From Vicugna vicugna (lineage: Eukaryota), in the NCBI GenBank assembly GCA_013265495.1, contig MU062062.1, positions 963,651-1,027,650 on the forward strand: a stretch of 64,000 bases of DNA, in the 5' to 3' direction. The translations under genes were made by a program, and so were the position numbers. The notes beneath the pieces were generated by a model. It was not told the origin of the DNA. It made no database searches and saw only the letters and a list, made by a program, of their open reading frames with translations. Positions 50,211 through 63,569 of this stretch are shown here, in pieces (position 1 is the first letter of the stretch; each line of letters starts with the position of its first letter).

Positions 50211-53200
50211 GTCCGTGTTCATCAGCCAGCCCCCTGGCCTCTTAGATCTCCGCGGAAGCCCCGTTTCTGGGCTCCTGCTTCTCCCTTTGTGTAGATGGGG
50301 GAGTAAGTGGATGGGTCTGGCCTTGCAGGTGTGAGGGGTGCATGCCAAGCCCCTGGTCCGAGGGCTGCCCTTTGGCAGTTGTGCCCACCTTGCTGCCCCC
50401 ACTTCGGGTGACACCGGCAGTGAATCACTGCCACCTCTTTGGAAGCTGTCCTGCTTCTAAGAGCTTCACTGTGCTTTGAGCCACATTTCACCTGTTTATT
50501 CTTCATAGTAAGCAGGCCTCTTTCCTTCCAAGTGGCCTGTGTGTTTGTGGAATGGCGTGGTCAGCCTCACCAGGATGGTCACTGCGGTTTTAGGGGAGCT
50601 GGACCCCTGCTCCCTGGGAACACCGCATGCACAGCACAGGTTATTTCAAGGGTGACTTGCTCTGCCTTCCCGGCCAAAGGTGCACCTCTGGGATGTGCTT
50701 AGAACAGGCTGGGCACACGGGAAACAACCGGCCGTGAACAGGTCATTCACAGCGCGGGCTGACGAGCACACGGGGCTCATAATTCTGTCTACTACATATG
50801 TCTGAAATTTTCCAGACAGAAAGATTTTTTTTTAATTCGCATCTGTCTCTGGAGCAGGGCCAGCTACTCCCACCCCTGTGGCAACACAGCCCAATCTGAC
50901 CCTGTCCGTCCCCCTCAGGCCTTGTCACAGCAGAGACTCCGTCTGAATTCCAGAAATAGCCAGGGCACTGTAGCAGTCAGGCGTCGTACCTGAGATGTTA
51001 GAAAAAGAAGTCTGTGTTCGTGTGTCCAGGGTCTTCCAGGAGTTTAGGAAGCAAGCCAGAGCAAGGCAGGAAAAGCTTTCATTTTATTAAAATGAACTGT
51101 TAGTAATTTCTCCAGAGTCCATGTTACCTCACATACGTGCTTTCTGAAACATCCAGGAGAAGAATGTCGTCTCTCAGCCCGACGGAGAGAAGGGAGTCGG
51201 GCTGGCTGGGAGGCAGTGGAGGGGGTGAGTGGGGGTCTGTGGTGGGACGTGCCTGAGCCACCGCGGCCTCTCAGGAAGACCCGCCAGGGCGGCCCGATTC
51301 GGGTCCTTCCAGGCCCTCCAGCCAGAGGGATCACGGGGTCTGCTGGGCAGAGGCTGGAACGCACATGGAAATTGGGAGCACAGAGCCAGCACTGTCACCT
51401 GTGCAGGGACAGAGAGTAAGTGGGGGGGTCAGGGGGATGAGGGCTGAGGCACAGCGTAACCACAGCTGGTTCCGGTGAGAGGGGGACGCAACGTTGCGAG
51501 CAGGGCCATGTGTCTCCGCACCTGTCCTTTGTCTTTATTCTGTCCCTGAATTTAGGTTTTATCCAGTTATTATTCACATAGTCTTTGTCTTTGGCAGGAA
51601 GAGTTTAAAGAGGCCTTTAGAAGAACAGAGCGACAGTTGAAATCTGAGGCAGGAAGTGGGGAAAAGCAGCAACAGTGGTTTAGCGCCCAGAGCCGCACGG
51701 AAGACCCTGCCCTTGCCTGGACGTGGCCTGGGCGGCTCTGAGCCGTCTGCAGATGCTCCGAAGAGGAAAACGTCCCAGGGACTGGCTGTGGGGAGCACTT
51801 GCTTCTTGGGAGACACATCCTAGTCCTGGAATAAGTCAGAGAGAAGTTCCTCCTGAGAGTCTGCGTCAGGGAAGAAGTCCCCCTTACCTCCAAGGACTGC
51901 GCCCCGAGCTGGAGGGGAGCACGTGAGGAGGCGGAGTTGGCGGCACAGACGCACGAGGTGCAGAGCGATTCTCAGTGATCACAGCTGCTGTTCCGGGGAG
52001 TGGCGCGCGGACAGCAGCACACGGCGCTAAACACTGGATCTGCTTCTGCAGGAAATCCTGAGGTCAGGCTCCTCTTTTTCACACGTGTGTGGGCAGCTGG
52101 CCTTCCCTGCTCCTGGGTGTCGTTTTGTAAAATGGGCCAAGGCCAGAGGGCCTAGTGCCAGCCCTCCCCACTATCAGCACCATCACTCACATCTTCACGA
52201 CCATCACCATCACCTCAGCACCAGTGCCTCCGGCTCTCGGGCAGGGACCAAGCATCTCAGTAGTCGGACATGTGAGGGAGTCTGGCCTGAGCTTGTGGTG
52301 CTGTGGCACAGAGCTGCGCAAGCTATACAGAGAAACCCAGCAGGGCATCAGTGTCTTCCTGAAAATTACTGTTTAAATGTAACATTTTAACGTTTTCTGA
52401 AAGAGCGATTGAACCAAGCAGAGGAATAAGAAGAAAGATGCTGCCCCAGGGAGAGAGAAAAGCCAGTCAGACCAGTAGAGGATCTGCCTCCTGCCACTGG
52501 GGCGGTGGCTGAGCCACCGAGGAGCTGACCGACGCCAGGTCTGCCCAGGTCTTCTCTAAAGGTGGGTAGAGGAAGAGCAAATGGCACGAGACCTAAAAGA
52601 AAGTGTGTGCGTGCGCGCGCGTGTGCTGCGGGGCGGGGTGGGGACGGAGAGGCGCCATGGGAGGCGGAGGAAGGTCCGCTCCAGAGTTATTTCCAGGGGG
52701 ACGCAGATTCTTGGCCGCACCCCAGCGTTCACGCTCAGTTGATGACCCCCAGACACAGCTCCCACGAAAGAGGAGCGCAGGGTCACTGGGGGAGAGGGAG
52801 CAAGGAGAAAGCGCGGAACACACGAGGGAAGTGACAGCGAGGAGTGGCAGCACCGCTTCCGGCAGCAGGTCTGAATTGGAAAATCAACCGCTGCGTAACA
52901 GGACCAAGAAGTGCGTCTAGGCTCACGCAGACGAAATGAAAATGGAGGAGTTAAAGTCTGCAGCTGTAAACAGTGTAATTGCAGAATAAGGAAGCCCGTC
53001 ACTTGGTCATAAGCTTGAGAATGCGGAGGAGAAGGGGAGGAGACCCCGCGTGGGGGCAGCAAGCCGGCTGCAGTGACGGGGAGCAGCGCACAGACAGATG
53101 CCGGCCAAGGGGCGTCCCGGACCCAGAGCAGGCGCAAAGAGGACATCTCAGGGGGTTCAGTTCACAGTGCTCGTCTGGGTCATAGAAACCAACGATAGTG

Positions 53201-56099
53201 AAGGAAGAGCTTGTGCAGAGACTCAGGTGGTTGGCATGGGGTGGAGAGGGCAGACGTCTGCGGGCGGAGTACCGCCCTCGTCCACACGAACACGTAAGAC
53301 ACTAAATTCCGTGCGGTGAAGGAGAAGCCAGGCCAAGGTTTAGATCCGAGGATTTTATACCATGTGAAGCTGGTGGAGAGAATCCGTGTATGCGAGACAT
53401 CTGAAGATACACCAGCCAGATGCTCCTTCACGGGGCGGGGAGGTGCTCAGGACACACACACTGAGCAGTTGGAGGGAAGAGCCGGGGGCGCAGTGGGAAG
53501 GACGGAGCCCGGCTGCTGGGATCCAGCCGCTGGCCCCCGGCTGAGCGAGGAGACGGCCGTTCACCAGCTGCAGAGGTCCATCTTGCTCCATGTTGATAAG
53601 CTCCTTCCACTCTTTTTCTGTGACCAAGTTCAGCCTGAAGAGCAAGCCTTGCCCACACAGTAAGCCAGGGTGCATTTTTCAGTCTCGTCTCCAAAGAGTG
53701 CAGTTTATTTAAGTTGTTAGTAACGTGTGACTTTGTTTAAAGGAAAAATGTCAAATGCAGTTACAGTAGCACCAGAGCGGACCTATTTGAAAGCTGATGT
53801 GAGACTGATCTATAGGTATCTTAGCAAGACATTTAGAAAAAATATAAACAATTCTGAAGCTACATTAACAAGCTGAAAAATAAACTAATTTTGGCCCAAA
53901 TTTCTAACCCAGGGGCTTACCTCAGCGATGATGACATCTGTGGGCTGAGAGCAGGGCAGAGACAGACCCGAGGACGGCTCGGCTGCAGGGTGCACAGGAA
54001 GCTGGTGGAGGGGGCATCTGCTCCACAGACGAGATGCAAGGTGACCCTCGCCCCACCCCATCTCCCTCTAGTGTGAGTCACCTCGGTGTCAGAAACTCAC
54101 ACGTGGGGCCTCGGTGGCAGGCATCGCTGGGCAGGAGACGGGGGGCCTGTCCCTGTAGGCTTGCACTCCGCCCTCTCTCCCCAGTCCCCTCCCTGGCTGG
54201 GCACAGGCAGGGGCGGCGGTACTGGAGTGAGTCTGACAGGGTAGGAGGCTGTAGAACTCACTGCCAATGCAGGGACCTTAAGCTCCTCAGAAGGGCCAGC
54301 CTCGGGCCACTCACAGAACATTCAAGGGTCTTGAGTGCCCCCAGGGCACCACTGGCCCTGGCTGAAGTCATAGCCTGAGGGGCCTGGGGCACAAGGAGCC
54401 ACCCCTCCTCTCCCTATAGGCCCTTCCCTCCCTCTGCGCGCACCCGCCTGTGCCCACACTGCACTCCTCTCCGCTCCTCCGACCTTGGTGATCCTGACTG
54501 CGGTGACGGGCAGCCGGGAGAGTCCACCCTCTGAGGTAGCGCCCCACACCCGTGGTCACCCACCTCGCACAGCATCCACCTCTGACTGTTAGCACGAGAG
54601 ACACTCGAAGAGACCTTTTGTCAACGTATGAATGTGCGAATTGGAATTAAGTTCCTGGAAGCAACTTTACAGAAAAAGTTTGTTCGTTTGTGATTAATTT
54701 CATGTCTTGTCATTTGCATTTCATTTGATGGACTATTATTAATGAAGGGCTGATTGAGCATTAATGTGATTGGAACCTGAATTAATGCATTTTGATAATT
54801 TATTGTTTTCATCAATCCAAAACAGTAGGATCAGACGGATGGACGTCACGTTCTTAAACCAGTGGAATTCAAAGTGAGAAGCCCGTTTTACCCTCAGTGC
54901 ACTTGAATCTCTCAGTGAAAACTGGCTTGTCCTAGCACAATAATTTTTCTTGCTGGTGACAAGGAGGTAAATTTTCTAGCTCTCGCCAGAGAAGCCCCAG
55001 TTTTGTAAGCTGGGAGGCCGGTCCTTCAGTGTAACAAACGATGCTGCACACGGTTCAGTAGCTGGCGAGGCTGTAATTCAGTCTCAAGACTGCATGTAAA
55101 CTTTCGTCAGGCTCACAGCGCTGGAAAACCCTCAGCTGAGTTATGCCTTCAGTCCGGCCGCCGCAGCTGCCCCGTCCGTTTCTCTCGTATAAATAGCGTG
55201 GAGGGTATGACGGATGGGCTCACTGCTCTGAGCTGCTGCCGGTCGATAAAACATCTGTTTTCTTTTTCATTGTAAACAGTTGGAAGCCACACAGGATGGA
55301 ATTCGGGCAATAATCCTGGGTGAGTTGAATCAAGTTCAGTTACCATTTCAGCACTGAAAAATCTGCATAACCGCGTTGAGTCTCACAAAGTGAAGTTTAT
55401 GCATGGACTGCTTTCAAAACCTTGTTTGGTCAAACGCACTTAAAATTTTAAGCGATCTCATTTGAGCATTTTTACACGTCAGCAGTTCATTTAATTCAAC
55501 TGAAAAATGCATTCGTTTGTGTAAGGCTGTATATGAGATGTCACCCTGGTGGAAAATGGAAAATTAAACCATGAACACCTTTGCAACATGAAGGCAGGTA
55601 TAGTTTCTCAAAAATACGTTCTAGAGACCACGTCCTTCACAGCCATGAAGGGCGGTGTTAAAACGCTTCGGTAGTAACTGCCTGAAAGCCGAGCCACCAC
55701 TTGGTTTCACGGCGTGGGGGTTTGTTGACGTGATGCCAGATCGCAAATTAGGCTGTTACTTCCTTTGTATTGAGCGATTTAAATGGATCAGTCGTTTGTG
55801 TCAGGCAGACACAAAGCTGTACCAGATTAACATCCACGAGACACGCACAGTCACGTGAGTCTGACCTGGGAACCCACACAGAGCGCAGAGAGCTGCGAGG
55901 TGTGCAGCGGAGAATCCAAAACACAATGAATGCCCTTCAGAATAGCCCACAGCCGGGCCCTAAGGGAGCTGGCCAGCAGGCACTTAAAGGTCTGTCCTTA
56001 AGCTACGGCTTCTTACCACGGCCATGGTCAAGATTCTTGGTAAAAAGTCATCTGCTCATGATTTTTATTTCAAGCTACAAGAACAGAAAAATGCTGAAT

Positions 56100-56428
56100 G
56101 GTGGGCAGGGATGGAAAGGTGGCACGCAGAGGATTTCTAGTGCAGTGAGACTTCTCCATGTGACACCACAGTGAGGGATACGTGTCCCAACCCCCAGGAT
56201 GCACAGCGCAGGAGTGAGCCCTGACATCAGCCATGGGCTCTGGGCGGTGACGGTGTGTCAGCGTAGCTCCATCCGCCGTGACAAGTGTCCCATCTGCTGG
56301 GAGGTGGACAGTGGGGAGGGTGTGCACGTGTGGGGGCAGGAATGGGGCATGTGTGGGAAATCTCCAGGTCTTCATCTCAATTTTGCTGTGAACCTAAAAC
56401 TGCTCTAAATTAAAAAAAAAATTAAAAT
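56100..56428 (+). mobile_element. L1MC1/2-like 3' end with A-tail
   Basis: gcacgcagaggatttctagtgcagtgagac...gtgagccctgacatcagccatgggctctggg...gtgtgggggcagg...gggaaatctc...ctcaattttgctgtgaacctaaaactgctctaaa followed by an A-rich tail. Confidence 0.9.
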
Positions 56429-58266
56429 CATTGTGATACGGAACTAAATCCCAGAAGATCTCATTTTGGAGACGGCATGGCTGGAAGATGCAAAGGGAAA
56501 GTGAGAGTGTTCGGTAGCTCTGCGTGGTCTCTACATCACTATGAAACTGTAAATGAAGGTGTTTCTTTACTACAGAAAAAAAAGAGTCGGTGAGAACACA
56601 CTATTGGACAGAATTACTTCAGCCAATTGTCTTCGGAGCCATTCAGAACCTCTTATCAGTGTCCACCTTCCAACACAAAGCCTTTTTTCCCTCCCTCTGG
56701 ATGATCTACGCTTTTACAAGACAGCTCTTCCTGTAAGCATCGCTGGCCACCTCCAGCTGGTGTGGCAGGTCACACCCCACTCATACTTGCGGATGGGCAG
56801 GGCCAGGCTGACTCTAAAATGCAGACCCACGCCGCACAGATCGTCCATCTGCAGTTAAACCGATGTGAGCCCGGGCCCCCAGAGCACACAGGCGGTGTCG
56901 TTTCAGCCCTGTCACCGCGTGCACTTCTGACAGAATGTCGTTCTTGATTCTGGGGACCCTGAGTAGAGTCAGCAGAGGGAGCGTGTGATAGACGGTTAAT
57001 AAAATGAACTCGCCAACTCGTGATAGTCACGCAAGGAGCACTCTTCCGCGGGTGTCCTTTGCTTCTGGGTGTGTTTGAACGTGCACACGGTCGAAGGTTT
57101 GGACATAGTAAAGGGCAGACCGAGAAGGGGGCCCTTCTGCTCACTCCGCTGTTCCCGGTTTCTGATACATCCTTCTGGCTTTAACGCTTTTTCTTTTCCT
57201 TTTTCCCCTTGAATTTTGCACCGTGTGCTCTGACAGTGTGATCTTTACTTCACGTGTGTTAATTGGAAAGGCGTCCATTCTGCTTGTGGTTTTTACTGGG
57301 CAGTTTAAAAAGGAGCTACATAACACACTCAGTGCTCTGCTTCTTCAGACAGGTCGCTGGACTTCCCACCCAGTACGAAGCGAGTGCATTTCTCGCGTCG
57401 GCGGACTCCTTTTCTTAGCCCAGCAGTTCTAGGTTCTTATTTTACTGTCCCGAGTTCTGGTACTTTCTGCTTTCAGATGCACATCATTTGTCGTTTTAAC
57501 GGTGTGTTTAAACTCCAGACCAGACCAGAGAGGCGCGCCACCTGCTTTACACCTCCTCGCACCAAGCCTCGCCCCTCCTTGTCCCCTGCCTGCGTCAGCA
57601 CCGGGGCATCTGACATAAGCGCGCCACCGTGATAGCGCCCCGCTTGGCTGCCAGGCCCTCCTGCTAGTTCTGCTCCTGCGCTCCGTGGCCTCGGGGCTCC
57701 CTGGGTTGCGTTCCAGTCTCCCCTTCACTCCGCAGCAGTCTTCCAGGGTTTCCCCGGGGCGTCCCCTGGACGGGGCCGCTGGGCTCTTGCAGGCTCTGCG
57801 CGGCCCCAGCGCTGAAGCGCACTGTGCTGGCCTCCCTGCTAGAGTGAAGCATTGTTGGCACGCGCGAGGGCAGGGGTCGCCCCTGATAAACACCTCCTCC
57901 TCTGTTCTGCTTCCTTGGCCTGGACGGCTCTCCGTGTTTTGGTCTGTCCCGGAGCTCAGACTCTGTCCGTGTTTTCTTGTGTCATGTGCTCTTGGTCTGC
58001 AGCGATTTATGCTTGTTTCTGTATCAGCTGCGATTTAAGTCTTTGCATGGTTGGCTGCTTCCACTTTTTTGGTCTGGACAGCGTTCTGTCCTGCCCACGG
58101 CCCTCCATCCTTGCCTCGCTCCTGGCTCATCTGGCCGTGACCTCGCTTTTGCCGTCACCTGCCGTTCTCTCCTGCTTCTGGCTGAGAGCCGCCTGGAGAC
58201 CTGGCTTTCTCTGTGCTTCCCCCGTGCCCGGAACCATCCTCTGACTTCCTTCCTCACTTCAGGGCC

Positions 58267-58865
58267 TGCGTGTTCGTCGTCTGTCACTGCACAGCAAAGC
58301 CCCCAGCCCCCGTGGCTTAAAGCAAGGCTGGATCAGCTCTTGGTTCCCCTCATCAGAAGGCCTGCTTGGGGTCTCTCAAGGCCGAAGTCTAAGTGTCGGC
58401 CCTGCTGACTCCTGCGCGGAGGCTTTGGGAAAAGCTTCCTTCCTGTACATTTGTTGTGGGCAGTGACAGTTAATTTCACGTGTGGACTTGGCTGCACTAC
58501 TCTGTCCGGGCACCTGGTCCAATATTCTTCAGAGAGTTTCTGCGAGGGTGTTTTAGGGGGAGACGCTGAGTGACAGATGGCCCTCCACTGTGGTGGGCCT
58601 CGCCCAAGCAGGGGAAGGCCTGAGTAGCACAAAGGCTGACTTCTGACCTCCCCTGAGCATTGGCTTCCTGGGACTGCAGCCTGCCTGCCCTCCCTCTATG
58701 CACACACATCCCATTGGTGGGTCCTCTGGAGAACCCTGACTTCTTATGGGCAGAACCCTCTTCCTTGTAGATCTGAGGTCCTCGGTTCCGTCCTGACTGC
58801 AGCCCAGGGGTCACTCTCTCCCCTAGAGGTTGACCACATTCCTCATCTTCAAAGCCAGGAATGAG
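58267..58865 (-). mobile_element. MaLR LTR (MLT1E-like), antisense, split by an MLT2 insertion
   Basis: cagcaaagcccccagcccccgtggcttaaagcaag...aaggccgaagtctaagtgtcggc on the left and ctgaggtcctcggttcc...ctagaggttgaccacattcctcatcttcaaagccaggaatg on the right of the insert. Confidence 0.7.
58462..58746 (+). mobile_element. ERVL LTR (MLT2B-like), nested, with 5-bp TSD TGGGC
   Basis: gtgacagttaatttcacgtgtggacttggctg...tgcgagggtgtttt...gtgggcctcgcccaagcaggggaaggcctgagtagcacaaaggctgac...cacatcccattggt...ctctggagaaccctgac; TGGGC at 58457-58461 and 58747-58751. Confidence 0.85.
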
Positions 58866-61800
58866 CTCGAGTCCTGGGGAACGGCCTCCAAGAAGGGGCG
58901 GTGGGTGGTGCACCCAGCTGGGAATGCACCCACCGTGCCCAGAGTCACTGCCAGCCTCCCTGGGTGGCCAGGTGGCTGCCTTCCTGATGCTCCAGAGAGT
59001 GGACGGGCTCGACTGACAGGTTCCAAGCTGCCAAAAGCTCCAAAAGTTCTGCCAGGGCCAGAGTGGGTGCAGAGCATCAGCTGTCTCCCGCGGCCCCTCC
59101 TGGCTGGCGTCACTATTCAAGCAGGGGCCAGGAATTCGTCATGGTCGGGCCATTTTCCCCCAAAAGCGTCGTCTTGCCTCAGGCCCCCCGGGGGTTCTGT
59201 TTCTGCTGACTTCACTGAACGAGGCCCCGAGGTCAGCGGGTGCTGGTCGTTGGCCCTCTCACTGCAACACGGATATTCTGGCAAATTCCCTGGATGGAGA
59301 GCGGAAGCTCCACGTTCCTAAGGGAAAGAAAACCAGCCATGAACAGGCAACATTTGAAGTCGTAGACAGTTCTTCAACGGATGCTTTAAAATGGAAAAGC
59401 TATAGAAACACATCTTTAAGATAAAGATAAGATAAATTGTTACATAAAAAATAACAGAGCATTTTTACCTGCAATTTCACTGTAAGCCGTAATGAGTTAC
59501 GGTTCCCCCAGGTCGTGAGTCAGCAGTCACCCACGGGAGGAAAAGCAGGTGCGTTTGTGTGTCTGTGCACGTCCCCCGTCTGTGAGTGAGTGTGTGACTG
59601 CGCGCAGCTGCTGGGACAGAATGTCAGCCCCCCTGCGTGGCACCGCTCCGAGGCGTCACACGGGTCCTCTGCTGCTGTCCAGCCTGTCGTGGGTTCCTTC
59701 CTGGGTGAAAGGCTGTCATCATGCAGCGGCCTCCGAGGCATCTCAGAAATGAGTTTCATTTCGCCACAGACTCCCCGGGGACCAGAGAGCGCTGAAGTCA
59801 CACTGGGGGCGCAGCTGCCCACACGAGGCCGCTTCCCAGCCTCTCTCGCAGGCTGACCTCTGCCAACTGCCAGCCGGTCTCAGTGCTTCCGAAAGGGGGT
59901 GGTTTTCCAAGACGAGGACCAAGGACAGGAGCATAGACCCAGGAAGCGCTTTGGAAGCAGAAGCATTTTCCCTGAGCATCATTTGGGGTTTGGGTCCCCA
60001 GTTCCCAGAGCACCTCCAGCTGGAAGCGCAGCAGCCCTGGCCATGAGCCTCCCCGCACGAGGGCTGTACCACCCTGGGCGGCGCTGGCGGGCGAGGCGCT
60101 TCCGCAGAGCAGCAGCTGTGGACCTGGGCCCACGGGGAGGTCACACACCGTGTGAGGGGACAGTTCGTGGGGGAAAGATCTTGTCAGACGGGGAAACACA
60201 TCCTCTTGCCCGGTTTTCAGCTCTCTGTGGACTCAACGGCGTGGCTGGGTTGTTCAGACCCGTGTTTCCAACTGCGTTTGAAACCAGAGGAGATGAAGGC
60301 GTATCAGGGACTGCAGTGCGTCTTGTGTGCCCCGTCGGTTACAGTGTCCAGACAGGCCCTGCGTGGAGCTGCTCACGGAGCCCGCAAGGTCGTGGCCAGC
60401 CTGCTGCCCGAGGGCGTCTGACCAACCGCCCTCATGGTCAGAGCCACCTGAAGACGCAGGTGCGTGTGACCAGCAGCACAGACGTGTCTGTGGAGCCGAC
60501 GCCGCGGACGCCCGGGGATCCCACCTGTGCAGGTCTCTGCCCTCTTCTAAACGAGGAGCAGGAGCCTGTGGTCTGCAGTGGTGACAGGCCCTGCGAAGGG
60601 CGAGGTGAAAGAAAGGAAAGGGCAGGTGCGGCGTCCCCAGCAAGTGCCAGGAACGCATACTCAAGCACGGGGCCGCCAGGGCGGGGCTCTGCTGAGCTGT
60701 GTTCTCCAGGCCACCAGCGCGGCTGGACAGCACCAGAGGGGCAGGCAGACGAGCCCAGGCCTCCCTGTGGCTTCTCGGCAAGCAGCTGATGCAGCCCAGG
60801 CCCAGGGAGAGAGCTGATGAGCTGGCGCTGGGCATCCCAGCAAGGTGAGGAGCCGCACGATTTGCTTTTATTCTCCTGACCAGCGCGGAGGGCCCCAGGT
60901 GAGTTCTCGAAGAGCTGCTCTCCATGGTACCACCCGTGCGGCCCCCGGAGGACACAGCGGCCACTATTCTCGTGTCTTCTACACGTCCAGAGAGCGGCAT
61001 GACACCCTGCGGTGCCCGGCTGTGGGGCCTGATGCCTCCCACACTCCCTGGGTGACCCTCGGTCCCAGGTGGCCCCTGGTCACTGTCACCAGCAGTGAAG
61101 GGTCGGAGGTTGCCCAACGGGGGGCTTGGGGACAACTCTGGGCTCAGAGCCGGGCGACTCCATCACTCACAGAATCTGCCGGAGCATTGGCCCTTCAAGT
61201 CCCGGCTCCCACCCGGTGTCGCAGAGAAGGCCCGGCGGCACCTGCGCACGTGGGGAGAACCCAGGGGCCCGAGGAGGCGCAGGAAGCACTGCCCCTCTTG
61301 GCTCCGGAGCAGAGCGGCAGCTCCAGTCTGAGGGTGGTCACGGCACAGACACCAGGGAGACCGCCTGGAACAGGAACGGTGCCTCTGCTGGCCGGCGTGC
61401 GGGAGCGCCAGGATCCTGGGGCGTGGGCTTCAGGCGGCGGCTGCGTTCAGAGGTGGAGGCCTGGGTCCTGTGACCATGCGCTGGATGGGGGACAGCAGAG
61501 GGCGCAGGTGTCGGGCCAGAGCCAGCAGGCCTGTGCCTTCATCACCACGCGGCAAGCGCGGGCCTGCCCCCCAGCGCCTCGCCGTGCTCACCTCGTGCCT
61601 TTAGCACCAGCCTTTATCTTGCCAGATCTCCTGAAGACACCCTTTATCCTTTCATGGCGTGGATTCCTTTGTCAGCCTGGGAAGGACCCCTTCTCCAAGT
61701 GAAGCACCTAAGAAAATGAAGCACTTCAAGTAAAATGAAACGCCTACGAGAACGAGGAGGAATAGAATATCTAAGAACATAAAGGAGCCATTGTTACTGT

Positions 61801-62589
61801 TACTGAAAACCAGTTATCAAATAGTTTAAAAATATAAAAAGTACAGAATATAAAAAACGTATTTGGGATTAAAGTTTGTGTTTCTTTGAGCGTTATCTAA
61901 AACGACCTGGCACTGGGTCTGATAAATACTGTAACTTCAGAGCAGTCTCAGGCGTAAATAGTATTTAGAGATCTGAGGAACCGTTGCCCCCCGTGTCCTG
62001 GAGCAAGGCCGGCGTTGCAGACAGACCGCTCCCGTCTGGGTCCGGAACTTGTGGTGTTGCGTGTGCAGAGCCCAGGCGGGCAGCGAGCAGAGACCCCACG
62101 GAGCAGGGGTGTGGAGGACCTGGGATCTGTGGGCAGCGAGGGGGAGGGCTGACCCACAGAAAGAAGCACAGGAGCCCTGTGATGTGCTCCGGACGACAAG
62201 CTGCTTAAAGTCGCTCAGTGCAGAGTGAGAGGCCAGGACCAGAGGGTCGTGAGCTGGGGAAGCCAGCCGCCTATTCCCGGGGGCCGTGCGGCCGGAGTCC
62301 AGCAGACTGCCCACCGCAGTGGCCGGGGTTTCCAGAATTCAGAAATACTTCTTACCTGGTTGGGGAGCAGCAGCTGCCCCCAAAGTCCCAGCAGTGACCT
62401 CCTATTGCCCAGATGACCCCGGCCCCTCCCACTGGGTTCCCAGCTCCCCCCAGATCCAAAACGGAATGGTTAACTCCCTGCCGTGGGGGGCCCCGGGACC
62501 CTACTCCACCGTGTCAGGTGAGGCTGGGGAGCTGTGAGGCTGTGGTACCCCCTGGATGCTCTAACGTCGTGGCCAAGTGGAAGGGAAGG

Positions 62590-62722
62590 TGGGGCCACGC
62601 AGCTGCTCCCTGGGGAAGCCGGTCTCAGCCTCCAGCCTCCAGAGCTGGGAGAAATGAACGTCTGTCGTGTGTGAGCGGCCCAGCCCCAGGTCTTCTGCTA
62701 CAGCCCGAAGGCGCCGAGACCC
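62590..62722 (+). mobile_element. MaLR (MLT1) LTR 3' fragment
   Basis: cagcctccagagctgggagaaatgaacgtctgtcgtgtgtgagcggcccagccccaggtcttctgctacagcccgaaggcgccgagac resembles the MLT1 3' end. Confidence 0.7.
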
Positions 62723-63514
62723 CAGGTTACGCGTGTGTGCAAAGGCCACGAATGAGAACGGACATGCGACAGAAGGTAACGTCAGGAGCTGCTTAAGCAG
62801 TCCTGCAGGTTCGTGCAGCAAGGAGACAGGATGCGGGCCACAAACGAGCGTTTCCGTGTTCGCTAAACCTGCCGCCCGATCAAGACAGCAGTGTTCTCAG
62901 CCTCCTCGTCACACCCCAGACCCCCGTCCCCACGCCCGCGGCCCGGGCGGTCCGAGCAGGGTTTGGTGCTGGTGTGAGCACTGCACCAGCGCGGGGTCGG
63001 GGATACAAGCCTCTTCACAGGCAAAGAGGAGCGTCTTTTCGATGCTTGAGGCAAACTCGAACCACAGGCTAATCTCTGTTTTGTGTTATTAAAGGTAATC
63101 TTCCTTAATTAACATAATCAGAGGAAAATAATATACTTGGAGGCCAAAGAAGTGGCATATCTTAGATCAAAGATTTTTCTGGTGATTGTATTTATCCTTT
63201 GAAAACACGCATCTTGAGAGTTTCTAGATGGCGGTAATTTGATTCTTGACTCTGTTTACTTTGTCCTGTACTTACTCTGACTCTGAAATCACAAGACCGT
63301 GGGGGCTTCCTTTCATAACGCTGATAATGTTGGTAATCCGGGGGGAGCTATATAAACGGTACCTTCATGCTTGTGAACAGAACTATTTCTAGACCTGCAA
63401 TTAGTTCTTTATGAACAGCTTCGTGGAGGACAGAGCGTACCCCGGCTGCCTCCCTCCCTTCTGTGCGGGAGAGTGAAAAGGGAAGCCGTGGCTCCCCGCT
63501 GCGGTGTTCCTGCA

Positions 63515-63542
<28 letters not shown>
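63515..63542. repeat. (TG)n microsatellite
   Basis: About 14 perfect TG units. Confidence 0.95.
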
Positions 63543-63545
<3 letters not shown>

Positions 63546-63569
63546 ACAGGCACCACGCTGGAAGTGCTG

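Noticed and set aside
59899-61702. Three long overlapping ORFs (296, 293 and 285 aa)
   Set aside because: They overlap on both strands, are Pro/Arg/Gly/Ala-rich, have no recognisable domain, and some use non-ATG starts. Long open frames are expected in stop-poor GC-rich DNA
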